Source: Chiloscyllium plagiosum
Taxonomy: Eukaryota
Direction: 5' to 3'
Assembly (NCBI RefSeq): GCF_004010195.1
Contig: NC_057728.1
Span: 42,993,040-43,057,039, forward strand
DNA length: 64,000 nucleotides
Below are positions 25,401-40,300 of this stretch, one piece after another. The translations under genes and the position numbers were made by a program. The stretch's first letter is position 1. Each line of letters begins with the position of its first letter. Below the pieces are notes generated by a model. The model was given only the letters and a program-made list of their open reading frames with translations, searched no databases and was not told the origin of the DNA.

Positions 25401-26689
25401 AGTGCTACCATCTTCTCCCTGATACCTCAGACTCACTCTATCTCTGCCACTGTACCTACCCCACCAAGTCTCATGCTCTACCCTTCTCATTTTTGTATGC
25501 AACATCTTCCTTCACTCGCTGTCACCCATTCCAACCTCCGACATCAGTAACCCACATGCCCTCTGGGTGCTGCCTACTCAGTCAGGACACCTCTCAAGTT
25601 GCACAAAAGGTAACAGCTATGCCACAAATTTTAATTGCTCATAATAACTGTGTCTCTCTCATTCCTTGAGTACAGCTCACAAAAAATCTGATAAGTGGTA
25701 GGCTGCCAGGCATTTACCTTGTCACACTTTATGTGGACTGGATCCTGATTCTGCCTGTCCCAATGGGTTGACTGACTGCTAAAAGTCCTGGACAGGTACT
25801 GGAGGCTATCGTTAAATTACTGTGTAGGACTCCTGACCGATGGTCAACCCCTTGACTTGACTGAGACATGTTGACAACTAAAACAAGCTTCCCTCCTTTT
25901 CATCTGCACAAAATGACAAGGTAAGGCAGAAGTAATATGAGCTTGGTATCGCTGGCTGGAGAGGAAATTTGCAAGAAGTGAAGGCAAGGCAGGGATACTG
26001 TGAGCATCCACGTATGCTCAAAGTGAGCGAGTGCTGTGATAGTGATCAAAGATGCAGGCTGGTCCAGTCCATGTGCTGGGCATGTATCCCTGAGAGCACA
26101 GTACCCTTGTTGCAGCATTGCAATAACAGTTGACGTTGCAGCCTGAGATGCATATTGAAGTGCAGAAGCATCTGGTCAGTGGATCAGAAACATACCGAGA
26201 GTTTCTCAGAGGCAGGCACCCAGCGAATGCCAATGTTAATGGATGTCAGGTACACACAGCTGGTGTTCATGCAACATACCCTGAAATGTGTTTGCCCAGT
26301 GTACATTACAGAGATTATTTGAAACAGTTGGCGAGCTAAATTCATGAAGATTCCATGTTGAGTTTTCACAATGCCTGGCTTTTTTGGTGCATTTGGCACA
26401 ATAGAAAGCTGAATGTTAATCAGATGAGTAAGGCTATCAACATTTGTTTACCAGGCAATAATTTGGCAGTCCGCTGCTGCCTGGAGAGATAATTGCTTCT
26501 CCATTTGTGAAAGGCATCAAAGATGGAGTGAGCTCTTGATGTTGAGATTGGCCTCGTCAGACTTCTCTGTCTGATTCTGCTGCCAATCACATCATAGCCC
26601 ACATCATTCAAGCACCTGTAAGATTGATTTTGTTCAGTGTGTGCAGTGATTCGATGATATTCTGTCCACCATAGAAATCCTGCAACAAA

Positions 26690-26920
26690 CACAGAGGAGG
26701 TCGGAGAAACTCAGCAAGTCTGGCAACATTGGTGGAGAGATAACCAGAGTTAACATTTCAACTCCATATGTTTCTTCAGACCAGTTCTGAGGATGTCATA
26801 CTAGACTCGAAATGTTAACTCTGTTTATCTCTCCATGCATGCTGCCAGACTTGCTGAGTTTCTCCACCATTCTCCATGTTCGTTTCAAAGTTCCAGCATT
26901 GGCCATATTTTGCCTTCTTT
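26690..26920. repeat. Fold-back Penelope-terminal-repeat element
   Basis: ggagaaactcagcaagtctggca...gagttaacatttc pairs with gaaatgttaactc...tgccagacttgctgagtttctcc. Confidence 0.8.
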
Positions 26921-28989
26921 GAAATCCTGCACTCTTGATGGCACAGAAAAAGGGAAAAAAGATACATCTCACCATTGCTGATAACTTTTTTGATGAGTTG
27001 ATGGATTATGGTAATGTCATTGGACTAGCAATTGAGAGGCACAGGCTACCTTTATCCAGATTCTGAAGATATCAAGTGCTATGGAGATGGAGTGGAAAAC
27101 AGTATTAAGGTAGAAGATCAGGAATAATCTAACTGAATGGCAAAACAAGCTTGATTGGCTGAATGGCTTTTCCTACTCCTATTTTTTATTTTCCCATACT
27201 AGCAGCACTTATCCTGATGTGTAACAGCAAAGCACCAGTAACAATTTCACTGTGGGTTTCAGATGTCCTGCTTATCTTCAGAGGAAGACTAACAATAAAA
27301 CAGAGTTTCATAATTTAGTTGACTGTTAGATTAGAACTTGTTCAGCAAGAGAGATTCTTTGCTACATTTGAAATGTTTGGGAATGTGTATGAATCCAAGC
27401 AGGAAATAAGATAAGGAAAATAAATGTTGCCAGCAAAAAAGTGATTTTTTTTTGGTTGATAATTTACATTGTTGAAGTGGAACAATGATCAAAGAGAATA
27501 GAACATTTCCAGTTCAGCAGTGTATGCACTTAAATAAACATTCCTCACCCACCATTACCATCTGTTCTCTTCGGAGTGTGATACAGCATAAAGAATATTC
27601 GTCATTGCAAAGAATGATCACACTGCCAGCCTTTGGCCCACTGTTTTCTCATGTGAATGCTTTACATGTGTGAAATATGAAATGAAACAGGAAACTGTCC
27701 CAACAACAAAGCCCCTCATTCCTCTGATTTAAGCAGACTAAGTACTAGAGGATGAATTTCACATTCTCAAATTGGGTGCATCCCCCAGTCCTTATGCAAG
27801 ATCAATTCACCCACCTCATATCATCATGCCCATGTCTAATAATACAGAAGATGAGCGGGTTGCCAATCTCACCAACGCAGCTGTCACTTCCAGTATGATG
27901 CTAGTTATGTGACCATACATCCGAAAGATTGGGGAATCCTATCAAATAGTACATTCCTTTGGTAGTTCAGGATAGGAAAAATACTGATCACCCCCAACCA
28001 CCCAGTATTTGCAAAACTTTAAATACAGTGTCAACATTAGATGTGATTCCATGATTAGGCAGCACTGATAAAATAATCAGTGTGGGAAAAAAAACACAGA
28101 ATGGATTTAAGGCACTTGTACATACCAGAAACTAAATATGCATGAACTAGAGTCTACATACGTTAATACACAGACCTCTGTCCTTTGCAGACAGAAATAA
28201 CATGTACACAATGTGCACCTTTTCAATTCAACAAAATGAGTGACAACTATTCTCTAGGTCATAACTTAGGGCAATGCTTTGACTCATCACAATCAATCTT
28301 CATGGTTTAAATTTAAACAAAAGTTGGCAGTTCACTGTCAGTCATCAAATAGCTGCTGATTCTACATGGCAACACCTCTATCAAAGTAAACTTGCCAACC
28401 AATAAACTTGCATTACTTCATTCAATACAAAAATGTAATTTCCCTTTATAGTAGAATTATTGGGAATGTCCTGATAAGTGCAAGACAAATATCTTCAACA
28501 AAACATTTCTATTTTCATATATACTCAAGCCCTGATGAGATATAATCAAAATGCCCAATGCTTACTCTGGAGTTAACTTTTTCTAAGTAATTATTTACTG
28601 AGCAGCAGAATTCTTGGAATTTGCCAATTTGAATAGATACTACCAGAGCGTTCAATGTGCAGGGGAATTGCTGAACAAAAGCTTCAATCTTCTGGTCAGT
28701 TCCCATTTTCTTTCCTCATACTTAAAGAGCAAGTGACTCAAAATAGTTCAGATTGTGAATTTAAACAAACCTTATCTGCCTTTGAATAGCATTTCAGTCT
28801 ACTCCATCAACTCAGGACTCTCACATGACAGGCAAAGCCTTAGCAACAGCCAAATTGGGATTTGTTTGAACTTGGCATAGATTTCAAATAACCTGTTGAT
28901 TTTGAGCTTTCATTGTGTGTTTCATGTCCTGTCCTCTTCCCATTATTTCCAAAAAAAAATTGATGTGCTTCACATGTGGATGGGATTTT

Positions 28990-29720
28990 TTACATCTGGA
29001 TCCTGCCCATCACTTAATGTCCACAGTGCCGTTCCAACTCCACAAAGATTTGATTCTGTGCTTATCTAGATTATGCCATTAGGTGCAACATGTGGGCTGG
29101 GAAAATGCACCAAGGAGAGATACTTTAGTGTGGGAGCAGGAGGAGAAACCAGTGCAGATGATATTTTTGGTCAAAAACAGATTTTTAAGGATGGGATCAG
29201 GGAAGTGCAGCTTCCCAAAATGGCTGACAGTGGTGAGGCATTGGAGAAAGATGGCTTGATTAACCACGTTAAAGGTTAAAGGCAGACACAGGGTGAGTTC
29301 ACCTTTGCCACAATCACACAGGATGTATTGTGACTTTGCTAATGAGTTATTTTGATATTATGCTCAGACAAACAACTGGAGAATTCATGCACGAGTTCAA
29401 GGAAAGATGAGCATGAATTTGGGAAGAGACAACATAGTTAAGGTACGGGAGGTTGAAAATTGAATAATAATTTGAAATGATGATGAAGTCAAGAGTTTGT
29501 TTTTTGAGGAGAGGGACCTGCATGTGGTGAGCCACCAGGCCCAACTCAGCAGCCAACCAGGCCACCGTAATGGACTATTCATGTGTCGGGCTCCAAGAGG
29601 ACAAGATCAGAGATGGGTTCTGCTACAGAGGATGTAGACAATGACTTGGATAGTGCAAACTGTTGTCAACTTGGCATGACTTCAATTAAGAAATGGCACC
29701 TATTCATTTGACCAATGATG
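28990..29720 (-). mobile_element. Old L2-like LINE RT fragment
   Basis: Degenerate LDFIIISNYYSIFNLPYL (D...L.NYRPISNLPFL) and FNVVNQAIFLQCL (FD.VDH..LL..L) motifs. Confidence 0.6.
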
Positions 29721-32700
29721 TGATGGTCAATTCCACGATACCACATGTGGAGTCACCCATGATGGTATGTCTCAAGGTCTCAAATTTCTGTCACAACACA
29801 AAAGCCATCCAATATCTCAGTGTTGCAATGGAAATTTAGACTGATTTAGGACTGTGAAAGTCATTGCTTACAGTGGCACCGAGGCTTTCAGAGCAGTCCA
29901 GCAATCCGTCCTGCAAATTGCTGAAGTCTAATGGTACATGAGCCTACTTAGCCATGTTAGGATGAGAAAGTTTGTGTTCCTATTGTAAGATTTTGGGTTA
30001 CACTTTAAGTTAAACATAAATCAATTACAGCTATTGACTGAGTTTGAGAGAGTTTATTAGTTCTGATTAGCTACAAGGCACAATCCAGATACAATTATAT
30101 TTTCACAGGTTTTATAGAATGTATTTGTTTCAACATTACCCAGTGCAAGCCCATGTCCTGGTGGTGCAGCCCAAGGCTAAGGCCTGGGTCCAGAGCTTCG
30201 AGAGGACATCCTGCAAGCTATCTGCAGTTTCTACCAGCTATACTGCATTGGAGCATTAGGTTACCCAAATACAAAGACAGCCGTTAAGTGAGTTTTGAGA
30301 AGATTTGCAGCTCCGGTTGAGGTTCTGGATATAGGTTTGCTTGCTGAGCTGGAAGGTTCATTTCCAGACATTTCATCACCCTACTAGGTAACATTTTCAG
30401 TGGGCCTCAAGTGAAGCTTCAAGAATCAACCAATTTGGAAGTATTATGAAATACCTCCATGCCATTACATTCTAAAGTGGGACTTGAATCTGATCTTTCT
30501 CTCTCTCTCTACTGCTGTTCAACAAGACTCCCATTGAACCAGTGGTTGCAATGGAAATGTCAATGTTATACCACAGGTACAAGCAATTACAAAGATATCC
30601 ACAGCACACAATTTCAAAAAAAATTAATTTCCTGATCTAATCACTGGGACAGTTGTTGAGACCAGACAAATAGATTGTTATTCGGATATGTATATAATTT
30701 GATATTGTCAGACAGTACCAATCCCTAGTCACAATCAATTGAGTTGCAACTCAGGGCCAAGCAAGTGGGAAAGGATAATTTTCCATTAATGCAATGGTCT
30801 TATTTCAGTTGTAAGTTCCAGGAGTAGTAAATGTTACATATTTTTAATCAACCTGTTCAAGTATGTCATGACACACCTTCAAAAGAAGGGAGACTTGAAC
30901 TCAGACTTTCTAGGTTAGAGGCAGAGATAGTATGCCACAAGTAATAAGCAGTATTAGATCACATGCAGAAACCAACAAGATACCTGTGTCAATAATTTTA
31001 GTCACCACAACCGCATTAAATTGAAATATAGTCTCAGAATAAGATGTTGAAATATATCATACAGTGGAAGTGGCTATTTTAAAAATCTTCATTACATTCT
31101 AGTTTTGATCATTTGGATAAACAAATTTAATCAAAACAGTGCTGAAATCTAGCAAAAACAAGAGAACTGCAATCTTGAGATCTTAGAAGGTTCACTGGAC
31201 CCGAAATATTAATTCTACTTTCTCTCCACAAATGCTGTCAGATTTGCTGTGTTTTTCCAGCAATTTCTGTTTTTGTAATTGAAATCTATCATGTGGTTAA
31301 CTTGCGCTAATTAAATTTAATTCAATACCAAAATTCAATAAGATGAAATAACTGAAAACAAATCAATGGTTTAAAGGTTGAGATCAAATCTAGAATTAAT
31401 TTAATTGCAAACTGCCATTCAGTCTGACTTCAGTCTTTGTTCTGTGGTTATGACAGCTCTCATTTCACTTGTTTCATCTGCATTAAATACACTCAAACGT
31501 CGACAGGATCTATACTGATACGAGAGCCATTAGTCCACCAACACAGCACTTACTTTAAAACAATCAAAACATATTTTTGATAAGACCCCAGGTTAAGATA
31601 GGAATTCACTTAGGTAATTATCTTAGCAGAGATTATTGTAATTCCATGTAAATTTCTCCATAGCGACCAGATATACAATAACTGGTCTGTGTCTGAAAAA
31701 CAGAGGTCTTATTTATTTTCTCTGTGGTTTATTGTTGTATCACACCTGATTATAATAAAAGCATGATTAAATCAGGTTTTATTGATTTGCACAATTGCCT
31801 CACAAAAACCAGGTAGGAAAAAAGTGAGGTTAATTACACTTCCAAATATACTCTCATAACCTTCAAGACATTACCCGTGTATTAATTCTTATATTTCTCC
31901 ATGCAGAAATAACATTTCACTCAGCTTCTTGTCACAATGAGCTTGACGATTCATAATTAATTGTAAAACCTATGTATTTTGTACTCCACTTTGCAAATAA
32001 ATTATCTGGGTTGAAATTTGAACCTTGACAGAAATCTGCAACACAAGAGACACAGGAGGACATTTTGAAATGATATTTATTCATGAGATAAATATAGTTA
32101 TGTCACAAAAGCAGCAAGGCTGGTCCTCAGTAATTTATATTGGAAGAACCTTTGCATTACCCAACAGCTCAACAGATGTCCTTCTTCGATCATACAGAGA
32201 CAAATGTAATAGTTATTAATTCAAATGTCAGAAAACAAGGAAAACTAAAATAGCACATGCTGGCATCATGGAAGGTTAAAAAGAATGGTTCAGTCATGAT
32301 CATACTTGCAATTCCACGGAATGTCTTATTTGGTCAGGTTAACTTTTCAGCCCCCAAAAAAGTATACTTGCCAGTCAAACACTGGCTAATGTTGCTTAAA
32401 GCGATATTTTCTTCAGCATGTGGATGGAAAAACTGACTACTATATACAATGTCCAAATTAGAATGAAAAATAATTTAATGAAAATTGCACCTTGTGAATG
32501 GGGGAAGGAAAGAGTAACAATCTTTAATGAGAATAGCACATATTGATATTGTGTACCTGTTGAACAAATGCAAAACAGGCTGTCACACAAATTCAGGAAT
32601 ATAGCACTTAAAAATTTGTACCAGATTCACATTTTAATAGCTATTTTACTTATAGTGAACCATGCATTTTTAACGAGTGAGGATAACGGAAATGTCAACT

Positions 32701-35700
32701 CTGAACATTACTTCATATCAACAAAACTAGCACATTTGGTTATATATTGCCAAGTGCATTGTGAGCAGAAACTTCATACCGTAATGTCCAAGTTTTGGAA
32801 ATAGTGAATAGGAATGTTGCATAAACTGAATACATTACTCCCTCTTTAAAAAAAAACTCCTATGACATTTTCTAATAACTGCTCTGCTTTCAATGTAGAT
32901 TGAAACAACCAGCAGCTCTTGTCCCTGAACCAGAAAGCTGTGGGGTTTAAACTCCATTGTACGATTCAAATAAATAATTGAATCAGACAAATCAGTCACT
33001 AATAGACATGCAGATTTTCAAATGTTTGACCAATTCATCTGATCATTTAACTATTCTGGGTATCGTTTGCAAAGTGGCATTCTCTTTGACAAATATTCCT
33101 TCTTTAGCCAATATCAACAATGGAGTAACTAGTTAGATATTTACTTAGCTGTGGCATATTGCTCAATGCAAGTTTACTATCTCATTTATCAAAATCACAA
33201 AAATAATTGGGGTTAAAGTGATTCATTAGCTGCTAATTATTTTGTGACAAATTGATACTATGAAACATTTCTCTGTAAATGCAAGTCCTTGAGTTAAGAT
33301 TTGAGTTAGTATACAGTATTTGAAGCGATGCAACACTAAAAACTGCTAGCACAATCTCTAAAACAAGAACTCCAGAAAACATCTTAATGCAAAGATTAGC
33401 AGAAATGTTATAGGTAGAGTAACAGAGTGGCTACTTTACTGCAATGAGTTGAATTATACAAGGTGCTAGATTCCCAACTACCAATCTCTCTCAGCTAAAG
33501 AGTTGATGACAGTGTGCAAAAAGGCCAGCCACAGGGACCACTGGTTATAATGCAGCCATTTAATGCCCAATTGACTTAATTGTCAGGAGGTGAGACTTTT
33601 GTTCCTCAGCCAAAGTCCAGTAGTTACAACAAAAACAGAAACTGGAGAAACTCAAAGGTTTGACAACACCTGTGCAGTTTCTCTCTACAAATGTTGCCAG
33701 AGCTGTTGAGACTCTCCAGCTGTTTCTGTTTTCCAGCATCCACACAAAATAAAACAGTTCTTCATTTTGCTTTAAAGTCAAACAGCTCTTCAGCACTTTG
33801 GAACAGTGGTGTGTGGTATTGGATCTGAATTTGAATAAATGTTGAAAACGTTGCTTTTATGAAGATGGCTGGAGAGGTTCTATCATGGGAAGGTGGTGAA
33901 GGGACTAACCATGTGGGGAAAGAGATCTGGGCATTACGGAGGGAGTCTCCTGTTACTACCAACCTGCACAATGAAATCTGCCAGGCTGTATACATTACAT
34001 AAATATCTTCTTCCACTAGTTAAGTCCTGGTGATGAAACTTTTAAATGGAACTATTACTCAATTTAAACATCTCAACAGGCTGGCCATGCTTTCTAATTT
34101 CTGGACCCTGTAATTTGAGAATTTGAATTCATTTCCAACATATCTATTATCAGTGGAAATGACCATAAAGCTGCTTAACTGCTAGCAAAACCTCAACATG
34201 CTCACCACAGTATTCTAAAGAAGGAAGTCTATGATTATTATGTGACTCTAGTATTACAAGAGTGAATTATTCTTAACTGCTTACTCAAGTAATGTTGCAA
34301 ACAATTCAGATGCGATCAAATTCTCAGACCAAAGAGGGACAGGCAGTAAATGCTGATAATGAACAAGAACACTTTTTCTCCCACAAGTTATGAATTAATC
34401 TTATTCACAAAATTGCCTCGTTAAGGGAGTTGAGGAATTGCAAGATGATTCGATGGGATAAGCAAGGCTGATTTTATATGATTAAAAACAGAAAAGGCTG
34501 GTTGTGCGCACATGTTTACAATTTGTATGATATTATTCCAATGCCAACATCATCTTGAAACACAAGTCAGTTTATATTCACTTTGAAATAATTCAGCTAA
34601 GATTCAAATAAGTATAGCATTTATACATTCTCCTCAGCAAGACATTGCCATGGACCTATTATTTCATACAATCTGAAACATTAATGTAATGCCAAAATTT
34701 TACAGTTTACATATTTATGGACGGTTCCCTTAGCTACCAATATGAAGAATATAACATGCTGCCACAGTTATGTTGAATCTATTGAGGCTGTAATTAATAT
34801 CAAAACTGAGCCGATTTAGAGGAAGCAATACCAAAGAATCTGAACATTTCCACAATAGAATCAATTACTCTTCATAAGTGTTGGTTTGTAGCTCAAGATA
34901 CATCAGTATGTACTGCTGAATAGAAATTCCTAATTTATTGATCTGGTATCACCATTGAGCCACCACCAGATGTAAAATCCCTCTATGCCTCAATCCATCA
35001 CACCAATATGAATATTTCATTTCTCTGTATCCACCAGCATACAGGCCTTTCTGTGAAATTGTCTTTTGACATTTATTTATTGATTTGCACTGTAGGGTCC
35101 ATCATTAGTAATTTGAACTTATGTTGGCCGAACAAGTTTGGCAGCAATTTACTTTCAGTCATATGACTGTCAGTGTGAATTGACATGGACAGTTAATCCC
35201 ATGAATGCAAAGTTTGCAACTTATAAACATGTTATGTTATTTTGAATTGTTTTCATTTATGATCACTAAGACATAAATGTTACCTCTGCCAGATCGGCAA
35301 AGCTACAATAATTCTTTCATAAACTGAATAGATAATTATAGCAGTCCTAAGTGGCTTATTCCCATCAACAAAATTATACCTGAAATCTATCACACTTATA
35401 ACATCTTATTTATTTATGGCCTATCATGTCTTTTCTTAGACTTTCAATGGGAGAACATATTAGAGGCTGACAGAATTTCAATGAATGTCATTATCCTGCT
35501 GTTGATTAGAAAGTGAACCTGATTGAATTAGCATGGCCAATTCCCCAACCTGCACACCTTTGGACTGTGAGAGGAGAACTGAGCACCTGGCAGAAACTCA
35601 AGCAGACACGGAGAATGTGCAAACTCCAACAGGTAGTCTCCCAAGGCTAGAATCAAACCCAGGGTCTTGGCACAGTGCTAACATTCCAGAAATCTTCTTC

Positions 35701-35946
35701 TCTCATTTAGTGGGTAAGTGTACAATTATTTTAGTGATTTATATTAGTTCATATCCAAATTTACAATTTGGTATATACTAATATTGAAAGGAAATGGGGG
35801 TGTAATTAGACATTGATAAAAAGGGCAGACAACTGAGCATCATTTTGATTGCAATTTCTTGATTTAAAAATTACAACTGTGACCAGGTTTCAAAAAATAT
35901 TTAATTTGTTGTAAATGTTTTTAGGTCGGTCTGAGGTTTGGAAGGT

Positions 35947-36257
35947 AACGGCACGGTGGCTCAGTGGTTAGCACTGCTGCCTCAAAGCATCATGGTCCCA
36001 GGCTCGATTCCAGCCTCGGGCAACTGTCTGTGTGGAGTTTGCACATTCTCCCCGTGTCTGCATGGGTTTCCTCCGGGTGCTCTGGTTTCCTCCCACAGTC
36101 CAAAGATGTGCAGGTTAGGTGAGTTGGCAATGCTAAATTGCCCATAGTGCTAGGTGCATTAGTCAGAGGGATTTGGGTCTGGGTGGGTTACTCTTCAGAG
36201 GCTCGGTGTGGACTGGTTGGGCCGAAGGGCCTGTTTCCGCACTGTAGGGAATCTAAT
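35947..36257 (+). mobile_element. HE1-like SINE
   Basis: ggcacggtggctcagtggttagcactgctgcc...gggcctgtttccgcactgtagggaatctaa; same family as 9748-10053. Confidence 0.9.
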
Positions 36258-36377
36258 AAATGCCCCTCTCTTGCTTTAATCCATCATATGGAATCGCATG
36301 CCTGCAGTGGCAGGGCACCAAAAAGTGTGTTGCTGAATGTTTTAATGTGTCCTGACCGCACTCAATGAAGTAAAGTT

Positions 36378-36690
36378 GGGTGACATGGTGGCTCAGTGGT
36401 TAGCACTGCTGCCACACTGCGCCAGGGACCTGGGTTTGTTGATGTTTGCACATTCTTTGTGTCTGCGTGGGTTTCTGCCAGGTGCTCCCTTCTCCTCCCA
36501 CAGTCAAAAGATGTGCAGTGAGGTGGATTGGCCTTGCTAAATTACCTGTAGCATTTATAAGTGTGCAGGCTAGATGGTCAGCTGTGCTAAATACAGAATT
36601 ACAGGGATAGTGCAGGGGTAACTTGCTTTTCAGAGAGTCAGTGCAGATTCTATGGGCCGAATGGCCTCTTTCTACACTTAGAGATTCTGA
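36378..36690 (+). mobile_element. Older HE1-like SINE
   Basis: Same tRNA head and central motif, more diverged. Confidence 0.8.
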
Positions 36691-36879
36691 GAGTTCCAGT
36701 CAGTTTTGTACCATGGCTGTCTTTTCAAATCCAATGGCTGGAGCTCACTCAGCCTGAACATGAGCAGGACCATAATGTAGATCCCAACCTGCTTCCAGGA
36801 GGCAATGCATAACATCTTCTACTGCCACCAACAAAAGTACAATCTTACATCTCCAAAGCTACTGAGGTTGGAAATGTTT

Positions 36880-37220
36880 TCACAAAGTCAACTATTTCCC
36901 ATTCTGAGGCAATCGAGAGAAAGCGAGGTCACAGTTTTAGGTGAAAGGGCAAAAGTTGTAAAACAGAAATGAGGAGGAATTAATTCTCTCAAATTTTCAT
37001 TAAAATTCATTACCACAGACGGGGTGGACACTGGGAGACTGAATACATTTAAGATGGAGATAGACAGACATATTTTTAATTTGTAATGGGTTAAAAGGTA
37101 ATGGGGAGCAGGCAAAAAATTGGAGTTGAGGCCAAGATGAGATCAGCCAGTATGGTATTAAAGGGTGGTGAATGCTGAAGGGCCAAAATTGCCTGCTCCT
37201 GTTCCTAGCTCTTATGTTCT
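36880..37220 (+). mobile_element. CR1 3' fragment
   Basis: FKMEIDR-type C-terminus followed by the tail gggccaaaattgcctgctcctgttcct. Confidence 0.7.
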
Positions 37221-37399
37221 ACCAAATAAATTCACAAAAAATCCCAAAAGTAACAAAGAGTCAAATATTTGATAATCCAAGTATTTAAATTAGCATAAGA
37301 ACTATGGCAGAAGAATCACTGAACACAAAAACAAATTAAAAAATAATTCTGTCTTTGGACAGGCAGTACTTATCAGCAATCCACAAATTCTGCTTGAAG

Positions 37400-40300
37400 G
37401 TGTCACAAACAGTTTCAAATTAAGGTAGCTACGTGACTCTGGTCATATCCTCAAGATTTGAAGCCTCGATTTTGTGTATTTATTTTTCCTTTTTTTTTAT
37501 CCCTGCTTGACAACTTAACTCTTATTGAGTTACACTCTATGGAAAGGCGCTCAAATACAGGGGACAACACTTTAAAGTGTGAAATAATTGTAAACTGTAG
37601 GTAATGGCACACAATCAAACTTCATTTGAACAGGAGCAGGAATTGGCAACCCTATCACGCAGCTACATTAGAATTTCTCCATTAACAGCTTTTTAAAAAA
37701 TCCATATTTTCTTTCCCATAACCATTTTCTCCATTGTAATTGTTCAAATCTAAACAGAGTCCTATTCTGAAAGGTGTCGGGTAACCTCAGATTTCTAATT
37801 CTCTATTCACATGTAGTTTTAATTACTCCATATTTCAAACACTACAATTTACCTGCCGGTAAATTATTCATGGCACGATATGCATGGGGATTAATCCATG
37901 CAACACCACTGGTAACAGGTCGTGCAATCAATTGGATAGAAATTCAAAGACCGGTTGAACAGGTATGCATCCAAATGTAAAATATATGGGAATAAATTGG
38001 TGTCAATGCATTCATGTATCATTACGAACAGCAGCTTGTTAATGGTTACCTTTGGTTTGAAAGTTAATACCTTATTCTCAGCTGAATGGGATTATTGGAA
38101 GTATATATTAAGGGCAGTTAAAAAAATTGCAGTCCATTTTCTATCATCACCAATCACCTAAACCCCCATCTACCTGTCCGATTCTTCAGCAAATTTACCT
38201 CTGCATCTCTGAGTAATTGGTTTCATCCTTTCACCAAGCACCATAGAAAGTAGTCAAATTCGATTTCCTAGGACACTGTCGTTCCTCTAAGCTTGAGCCC
38301 ATGACCCTAAGCTCCTGAATACGTGGTAATCATGGTTGTATCATGAATCAGTTATTGTTTATTTAAGACATGTGAATAATTAAATAGCTCCAATGAGCTT
38401 TTCCTTCTCCAGCATAAACAATCCTGGAATTTTGAGAATCTCATTCAAAGGTCGTGCACTAGCCGTGAGACAGATATTAAGTGGCAGTTCTCAGAATTAA
38501 GATGCTGAGCACAGTGGGCTATTTTTGCTCATTTTATAGGTGCACAATTTTGTCAATACAATATTACTGGTTTATCACTGCTTCATACAATATGAATGCA
38601 GCAGAGTTTCATAAAATTTTTAAAATGAGATCCCTGAACACTGGAGAGACACGTCTCATTCACATGCTGCAGATTTTGGTGGAAATCTGCTTCAGAAATT
38701 GGTCTGAAGGTGTTGCACAATTCTACACTATTTAAACCTAGCTCTGGCAACTCAGCAGGGCATTCAGCTGTTCCATTAGCTTTGACGATTTGATGACTCA
38801 GCATTACTCATGGAACTTTAAGCCGAATAAAAAATTAAATCCATTGCTATTTATGTATTATTGGCATGTATATGAAATACAATAGTAATTTGTAAAATGA
38901 AATTCCTGACTCAAAGGTTAAGTAAAGAGGTAGGAAGCTTACCCTAATAGAAATGCAGGGAAACAGATGTGAGTACACAAGCAGGGCTACAAGACAGTCT
39001 AACAGTTTTCAGAAAATAAAAACATTATTTGTGATAACAGTCCAAAGTTTTATCATAACCTGAAATCAACATACTAAAAACACTATAAAATTTAACCTCA
39101 AATTGAGATATTTAAGAGTAAGTTTGCATTAAACCATTTCACAAATCACATGCAACCATAGTAAGACAATAACCTTTTCCACAAACAATGAAAGACTGGT
39201 TATTCCTTCAAGCCAAATATATGAATTTCCAATTAAGCATGCTTTAGTAAAGGAAAAGCCAATCAAAATGATTGGGACAAAAACCTTTTTATAACATCAA
39301 ACAGAACAATTTCTATTTATAGTTGCATTCAAAATAATATATAAAATCACAAAATAAAAGAGCAAAGTAGATAGCTGATGCAGGTACATTTTTCTAGTCT
39401 CTGCAAAACCATATTTTTAAAAGCATTTGCAAAGTCCATGTTTGCTGACACCTTGACACATGTCCATTATCCTTCTCTTCCCAACCTGTGCATGCGCTTT
39501 TAGTCAAAAGCCCTTACAGTAGAAGGAATAATATGCTAACGTAATACGCATGAAAGCAGTGATCACAGAAACTCGTTTGTGTTGGTAGCGGATTGAAGCA
39601 GAGAGGCCATGAGGGAGGAAGGGAGGTGAGTTGAAGGTTTGGGAGGGGGGGGGGGGGGTGAAACATGGGCATGGCAAGTGAAAGGGCGCTGGGAATGGGT
39701 ATATGGAGATAGAGGAGAGGGCAGGAGAAGGGAGAAGATCTTGAGGAAGACTGTTGAGGTCAGTCTAACTCCTGACCCCATCTCCTCACCATCTCATTCC
39801 CATGTAACACTCTTGCTCTGAACTCTCACCAACCTGCCTTCTTTCTCCCTTGTCTCTTCACCCCGAGTCTCCTCGCCTTTTCTATCTGTCTCCTCCCAAC
39901 ACCCCCTCCCTCTCTCCCCCTCCTCTTGTCCTCTCTCTGGTACCTAGCCTTCACTCTCTTGTTCCTTGCCCCTGATCACAGCTTTCGTCACTCTGTTTCT
40001 CCTCACCTGATTGCCCCCACCCTCCCCGCCTTCTCACCTCTACCTCCTGGCCCACTCTCTTCTCGTCTGCCTCTCCCTCTCTTCCCTTGAATCTCTACCA
40101 CTTCTCACCCTCTCTCATCTTCCTCCTCACCCTTGCCATCCCTTTGTCTGTCTCTCTCCCCTTCTATCTCTCCTCTCCCTCCCCCTCTATCTCCTCTCCC
40201 TCCCTTCTCACCCATTCTCTCTCAATTTAAAAGTAGTTATGGAATTATCAAATAAAATGGTGTCATAAAAAACAGCAGTGCAGCTGTCAGGTGCACATTA

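Noticed and set aside
1..30000. MYF5/MYF6 expected from human synteny
   Set aside because: No bHLH-coding sequence recognised in this window.
35947..36020. tRNA gene
   Set aside because: The A/B boxes belong to SINE heads that continue into the SINE body and tail.
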